Source of the DNA: Cyanophyceae cyanobacterium
GTDB lineage: Bacteria > Cyanobacteriota > Cyanobacteriia > Cyanobacteriales > Laspinemataceae
Assembly: GCA_038321985.1 (NCBI GenBank)
Contig: JBBQFN010000023.1
Span: forward strand, 1-64,000
Direction: 5' to 3'
DNA length: 64,000 nucleotides
Both the position numbers and the translations under genes were made by a program. Of the stretch, positions 59,625 through 64,000 are shown piece by piece. The notes under the pieces were generated by a model that was given only the letters and a program-made list of their open reading frames with translations, was not told where the DNA came from and did no database searches. How positions within the stretch are numbered: the stretch's first letter is position 1; the number at the start of each line of letters is the position of its first letter.

Positions 59625-60707
59625 TTAGTCTTTTTGCAAAACCAGTATATCCTGATAGCTCGTCAGATAAGGGCGTCCACACCATCCGCCATAATATTTC
59701 CCGACTACACTAAATCCGCGTTTGGAGATCCACTCTAACAGCAGGGGTTCTTTAAACCCGATCGCCTCTTCCGGGACCTCTAGGGTACTGGTAAAACACT
59801 CTTCCAATTTATGAATGATATTCTGGGAGCTTTTCCCCTTGCGAATATAAGATTCTGACTCGGAATTGAGCAAAAAGCAGGTAATCATGCACCGACTCCC
59901 CGATTTCATCACCCGGCCAATTTCATCCAGGTACTGACGCACCTCTTTCGCTCTCATGTGGGTGAAAACCGAAGTCAGAAAGACAAAATCAAACCGTTCA
60001 TCGGGATAGGGAAAGTGATACTCTGCCGCTTGTACGGGACCTTCTGGGTTGTACATCGGGTTAAAGATGTCCGCGTGTTCAAACCGAAAGTTCCGACAGC
60101 GATCGCCAAAGGTTTGAGCCGCCACCTCAATCAGGGGTTTGTGAATATCAAACCCTTCATAACTGCCTTGCTCATTGAGATAATAGGCCAGAGTATAGGC
60201 CATACGACCAATTCCACAACCCACATCCAGGACGCGACTGTTCGGTTCGATTCCGCCGCGTTGGATGAAATAGCCCAAAAATTCCAGCCCAATATTCGTA
60301 AAACCCCCCCCAATATATTCGATGTACTCTTCGGGAGGAAGAGGCAAAGTCGGTTCTAGGAGGGTGAGCAGCATCGTCCCCGCTTCCCCATTCACGAACG
60401 GAGTGGCTGTAATCAGAACATCCTGGTGCTGCTGTTGCTGTTCAAGGGTGAGGGAGACACGAATCTCAAATCGGGCCTGGTTTGCCCCCTTTAACTCGGG
60501 GTAAACCTTCATCACATCCGCTGAAGGAATCCCTAGAGTGCAGTTTAAATCAGTTAACTGCCAATGGGCAAAGGTGACTTGAAACTGGTCCACCGGGCGA
60601 TCGCCTTGGGTAGGTGCAACCCATCCTTGCAGGACCAACTCATTCTCCACAATAGCCGCGCGGTCAAGATAGCCCCGAGTGGGGTAAATTTCAGTTAATT
60701 TCATCAA
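59625..60707 (-). CDS. Class I SAM methyltransferase with N-terminal GW beta domain
   Basis: VLDVGCGIGR, YEGFDI and LTSVFTHM motifs. Confidence 0.88.
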   Translation of the reverse strand: MMKLTEIYPTRGYLDRAAIVENELVLQGWVAPTQGDRPVDQFQVTFAHWQLTDLNCTLGIPSADVMKVYPELKGANQARFEIRVSLTLEQQQQHQDVLITATPFVNGEAGTMLLTLLEPTLPLPPEEYIEYIGGGFTNIGLEFLGYFIQRGGIEPNSRVLDVGCGIGRMAYTLAYYLNEQGSYEGFDIHKPLIEVAAQTFGDRCRNFRFEHADIFNPMYNPEGPVQAAEYHFPYPDERFDFVFLTSVFTHMRAKEVRQYLDEIGRVMKSGSRCMITCFLLNSESESYIRKGKSSQNIIHKLEECFTSTLEVPEEAIGFKEPLLLEWISKRGFSVVGKYYGGWCGRPYLTSYQDILVLQKD

Positions 60708-60713
60708 AAGTGG

Positions 60714-61259
60714 TTATTCTTCCTCTAAAACAGCTTGTAACGCAGTGGCGATCGCCGCTTTTTGTTCGGCATCGTACTTCCATCGCTCTAAAAATGGCTG
60801 ATAACTTCCGCTTCCGCTATGAATAGTTGCTAACAAAGATTCAACCCCCTGTTTCATCATCGGGAGAGCTAGAGTTCTAATCAGATGGGCGCTGCGATCG
60901 CGCACTCGCTCGGATCCTTGTGCCATCGCCTCATCCCCGGAACGTCGATGAGCAATTACCATTGCGGAGGACATGGCAATATTTTTAACCAGCAGTTCCG
61001 AGACAATTTCCTCAGAGGACTTTAACCCCTGGAAAATTCCCGGTGAAGGTTGATCGGCCAAAGGGCCCTCATCGGTCAAATAGGTGACAAAAAACCCGCG
61101 CGCCCCATTTTCAGTGCGGACAAGATTTTCGGTTACTGTGGCGATGTCTGCTTCCGAAAGTGTTCCCTCACTCATTTGAGCCAAGAATGATTGAGTCAGA
61201 GCGATCGCCTCCGGGAAGCTCACCGCATCCGGTACGGTTAAAGAAGATACATTAGTCAT
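60714..61259 (-). CDS. Conserved cyanobacterial hypothetical protein
   Basis: ENGARGFFVTYLT, LLVKNIAMSSAM and FLERWKYD motifs. Confidence 0.75.
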   Translation of the reverse strand: MTNVSSLTVPDAVSFPEAIALTQSFLAQMSEGTLSEADIATVTENLVRTENGARGFFVTYLTDEGPLADQPSPGIFQGLKSSEEIVSELLVKNIAMSSAMVIAHRRSGDEAMAQGSERVRDRSAHLIRTLALPMMKQGVESLLATIHSGSGSYQPFLERWKYDAEQKAAIATALQAVLEEE

Positions 61260-61352
61260 AAGTCATAAAATAGTCCCTTTAAATTAGTTAGAACCCCCTC
61301 TGAAGAGGGCGCTTCGCGCCATTCGCACTATTGTCTACGAACAAAGGCACTC

Positions 61353-62465
61353 ATGGCAATCATCTCTTCCCATAACCCGTCCGATCCACCGAAGAAAGAG
61401 CGCAAAACTGCTGAAAAAGGTGCAACCTATAACAACTTGACCTCCGGACTACTTGAACCTCAAGCCACCCCGGAGGAACAAACCAATATCCAGCAGGAAG
61501 AAAACATTCGCCCCAACCGATTGGCAGATTATATCGGACAAAAAGACCTAAAAGAAGTTCTAGATATTGCCATCAAAGCAGCCCAGTCGCGATCGGAAGC
61601 CCTGGATCATTTATTACTGTACGGTCCCCCCGGTTTAGGCAAAACCACAATGGCGCTGATTTTATCCAGCGAAATGCAAGTGGGGTGTAAAATCACCTCA
61701 GCCCCTGCCCTAGAACGACCCCGCGATATTGTCGGATTGCTGGTGAATCTTCAACCGGGGGATGTTCTCTTCATCGATGAAATCCACCGCCTCAGTCGGA
61801 TGAGTGAAGAAATTCTCTATCCAGCCTTGGAAGATTTTCGTGTGGATATTACCATCGGCAAAGGTCAAAGTGCGCGGACTCGGAGCATTCCCCTGCAACG
61901 ATTTACCCTAGTTGGAGCAACCACCCGCATTGGCAATCTCTCCTCCCCCTTGCGCGATCGCTTTGGGTTAATTCAACGGTTGCGCTTCTATGAGGTGGAT
62001 GAACTCAAGGCGATCGTCCAACGCACTGCCGAACTCCTGCAAACTCCCGTCACCCCCGATGGGGCCGAGGAAATTGCCCGTCGCTCTAGGGGGACCCCCC
62101 GCATTGCCAACCGCCTGCTTAAACGGGTGCGCGATTACGCCCAAGTCAAGGAATGCGGAGATATTAACGCCGGGGTCGCCAATCAAGCCTTAGAATTATT
62201 TAACGTAGACCCGATCGGTCTGGATTGGACCGACCAACGCTTACTGAAAATGTTGATTGAAAACTTCAACGGCGGCCCAGTGGGATTGGAAACCCTCGCC
62301 GCCGCAACAGGAGAGGATTCTCAAACCATTGAAGAGGTTTATGAACCTTATTTATTACAAATCGGCTATTTGAATCGCACCCATCGGGGCCGAACCGCCA
62401 CCGCAGCCGCTTGGCGGCACTTCGGGTACTCGGCACCCCCGGAGCAATTGTCTTTGAAGATTTAG
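61353..62465 (+). CDS. ruvB: Holliday junction branch-migration helicase RuvB
   Basis: [34 protein letters not shown] and EPYLLQ motifs. Confidence 0.97.
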   Translation: MAIISSHNPSDPPKKERKTAEKGATYNNLTSGLLEPQATPEEQTNIQQEENIRPNRLADYIGQKDLKEVLDIAIKAAQSRSEALDHLLLYGPPGLGKTTMALILSSEMQVGCKITSAPALERPRDIVGLLVNLQPGDVLFIDEIHRLSRMSEEILYPALEDFRVDITIGKGQSARTRSIPLQRFTLVGATTRIGNLSSPLRDRFGLIQRLRFYEVDELKAIVQRTAELLQTPVTPDGAEEIARRSRGTPRIANRLLKRVRDYAQVKECGDINAGVANQALELFNVDPIGLDWTDQRLLKMLIENFNGGPVGLETLAAATGEDSQTIEEVYEPYLLQIGYLNRTHRGRTATAAAWRHFGYSAPPEQLSLKI

Positions 62466-62623
62466 AGTTTTATCAGTCCCCTTCCCTGGTTAGGGTGGGA
62501 TTGCGACCCCCAAAACCGATCAAGTTAAAGGCTTTTGAAGCTCCTCCCTCCCCAAGATACAGGGAGGGAACAGGAGAATGATTTAACCGCAGGATATCAA
62601 TTAATTTTTATAAAAATTACCCA

Positions 62624-63487
62624 ATGGAGAAACGATTGAGAACAAAACCGAACTCTTGGCAACGTCAGGCGATCGCCTTAGCATTATTGTGTTTCATCTG
62701 TTTATTAACCTGGGTGGGAACCCTCACTCCAGCTTATGCAGAATCGGAGGAACCCGAAACCCGAGGGCTGGGGACTGAAGCCATCTTGCAGCTTGAAGAA
62801 CTGGGAACCCAAGCCTTTGCTGCTATGAATGCCGGGGATTTAGTTGGGGCCGAAACCTACTGGACTCAGTTTTTAGAGCAGGTGCCGGATAATGCCGCTG
62901 CCTGGAGTAATCGAGGAAATATCAAGGTTAGTTTGAACAAACTCCACGAGGCGATCGCCGACTATAACCGGGCGATCGAACTTGCACCGGATGCTCCAGA
63001 CCCCTACCTCAATCGCGGCACTGCTTATGAAGGCTTAAAACGTTGGGATGATGCGATCGCCGATTACAATCACGTCCTAGAACTCGACCCCCAAGACCCC
63101 GCTGCCTACAATAATCGGGGTAATGCCGAAGCTGGACGCGGAAACTGGGCGGAGGCAGTCGCCAACTACAAAAAAGCCAGCGAACTTGTCCCAGACTATG
63201 CCTTTGCCCGCGCCAATTATACCCTCGCCCTCTATCAAACCGGGGAAGAAGAAGCCGCCATCCAGTCGATGAAGAATATCCTCCGCAAATATCCCAAATT
63301 TGCCGATATGCGGGCCGCCCTCACCGCCGCACTCTGGACTCACGGATATCGAGGCGAAGCCGAAAGCAATTGGGTTTCCGCTGTGGGTTTAGATACCCGC
63401 TATAAAGATTTAGACTGGGTTGCCAATACCCGCCGCTGGCCCCCAGCAATGGTGAGTGCTTTGGAGAAGTTTCTCAAAATTGAGTAA
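62624..63487 (+). CDS. Exported tetratricopeptide-repeat protein
   Basis: Signal peptide ending PAYA; AWSNRG, YLNRG and AYNNRG TPRs; C-terminal RRWPP. Confidence 0.9.
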   Translation: MEKRLRTKPNSWQRQAIALALLCFICLLTWVGTLTPAYAESEEPETRGLGTEAILQLEELGTQAFAAMNAGDLVGAETYWTQFLEQVPDNAAAWSNRGNIKVSLNKLHEAIADYNRAIELAPDAPDPYLNRGTAYEGLKRWDDAIADYNHVLELDPQDPAAYNNRGNAEAGRGNWAEAVANYKKASELVPDYAFARANYTLALYQTGEEEAAIQSMKNILRKYPKFADMRAALTAALWTHGYRGEAESNWVSAVGLDTRYKDLDWVANTRRWPPAMVSALEKFLKIE

Positions 63488-63490
63488 GCA

Positions 63491-63553
63491 ATGTTCGTAG
63501 TAACGACTTCAGTCGTTATCTTTCTTATGTTCGTAGTAACGACTTCAGTCGTT
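63491..63553. repeat. Two 27-bp direct repeats, each with an AACGAC-TTCA-GTCGTT hairpin (REP-like)
   Basis: atgttcgtagtaacgacttcagtcgtt at 63491-63517 and 63527-63553. Confidence 0.85.
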
Positions 63554-63573
63554 CCCCCTCCCAAGCCTAAAAA

Positions 63574-63688
63574 TCATCCTTCATCCTTCATCCTTCATCC
63601 TTCATCCTTCATCCTTCATCCTTCATCCTTCATCCTTCATCCTTCATCCTTCATCCTTCATCCTTCATCCTTCATCCTTCATCCTTCA
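63574..63688. repeat. Heptamer short tandem repeat (TCATCCT)x16
   Basis: Perfect 7-nt tandem array; shorter copies near 58405 and 58523. Confidence 0.95.
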
Positions 63689-64000
63689 CCAACTCCCCAA
63701 TCAACTCGGGTGTCAATTCCTTAACATTTGCTAAAACGACTGCCGCCCCTGCTTTTTGCAGACTGGCACTGTAGGCGTTCTTTCTATCTTCACTATCTTG
63801 AACATGAGGCGGTAGAACTCCCACGCCGATCCAGGTTCGGTTTGGTTGCTGTTGTTTAGCTTTCTCAATGGTGTACAAATCCGCAACCGTATCGCCCACA
63901 TAAATCACTGGGGCATTTTCTGGACTGGAATGGAGAGTTTCTAATTGCTTAAGGGTGGCAAAAAGTCCTGTAGGGTCCGGTTTACCTGGCGCATCTTCCA
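63672..64000 (-). CDS. HAD-superfamily hydrolase (TIGR01548-like), 5'-partial
   Basis: Manual translation ...EDAPGKPDPTGLF..VIYVGDTVAD..GVGVLPPH; the stop codon lies inside the heptamer array. Confidence 0.85.
   Translation of the reverse strand, partial: EDAPGKPDPTGLFATLKQLETLHSSPENAPVIYVGDTVADLYTIEKAKQQQPNRTWIGVGVLPPHVQDSEDRKNAYSASLQKAGAAVVLANVKELTPELIGELVKDEG

Larger units (their letters stand above)
1902..63060. repeat. HIP1 octamer GCGATCGC, dispersed, dozens of copies
   Basis: Occurs in genes and spacers throughout, e.g. near 1903, 2513, 8980, 33136, 59508. Confidence 0.95.

Noticed and set aside
5398..63343. Many short ORFs nested in or antisense to identified genes
   Set aside because: They overlap well-supported CDSs and show no motifs or RBS.
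63491..63553. Possible mini-CRISPR (27-bp palindromic direct repeats)
   Set aside because: Only two copies, a 9-nt spacer, and no cas genes or leader.
63491..63724. 77-aa ORF with HPSSFIL repeats
   Set aside because: A translation artefact of the DNA repeats.

Overview
A 64-kb chromosomal window from a cyanobacterium. It has dozens of HIP1 GCGATCGC octamers and phycobilisome genes. Heptamer tandem repeats and PEP-CTERM/filamentous-haemagglutinin genes suggest a filamentous, Oscillatoriales-like strain (inference). Left to right it holds: a partial filamentous-haemagglutinin-type exoprotein; a DUF937-like gene; bioB-bioY-lspA-FHA/PBP1A; nblA (absent from the ORF track) divergent from cpcS, an HExxH protein and cpcG; a translationally coupled pair of a P-loop ATPase and a TPR-STAND-TM-GUN4 protein; recG; rpsB-tsf with a t44/S2-type leader; a PEP-CTERM protein; two tandem GHL10 hydrolases; an ABC-F ATPase; sigF with nearby STAS and receiver proteins; argG; a 203-bp TA-flanked inverted-repeat element; and an orphan TRAP solute-binding protein. 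Two convergent surface-polysaccharide clusters follow: GT4-hepC-like-gmd-fcl, where gmd carries a 327-aa intein with a decayed LAGLIDADG domain, and wzm-wzt with glycosyl-, sulfo- and methyltransferases. The window ends with ruvB, a TPR gene and a partial HAD hydrolase ending in a (TCATCCT)16 repeat. I saw no tRNA, rRNA, CRISPR array or intact transposase. The best candidates for new biology are the membrane-spanning NLR-like STAND-GUN4 pair, the gmd intein, a possibly sulfate-capped ABC-exported glycan with coiled-coil rulers, putative Yfr1 sRNA sites at both glycan clusters, and the MITE/structured-RNA element. All family calls are by eye from motifs; no searches were run.
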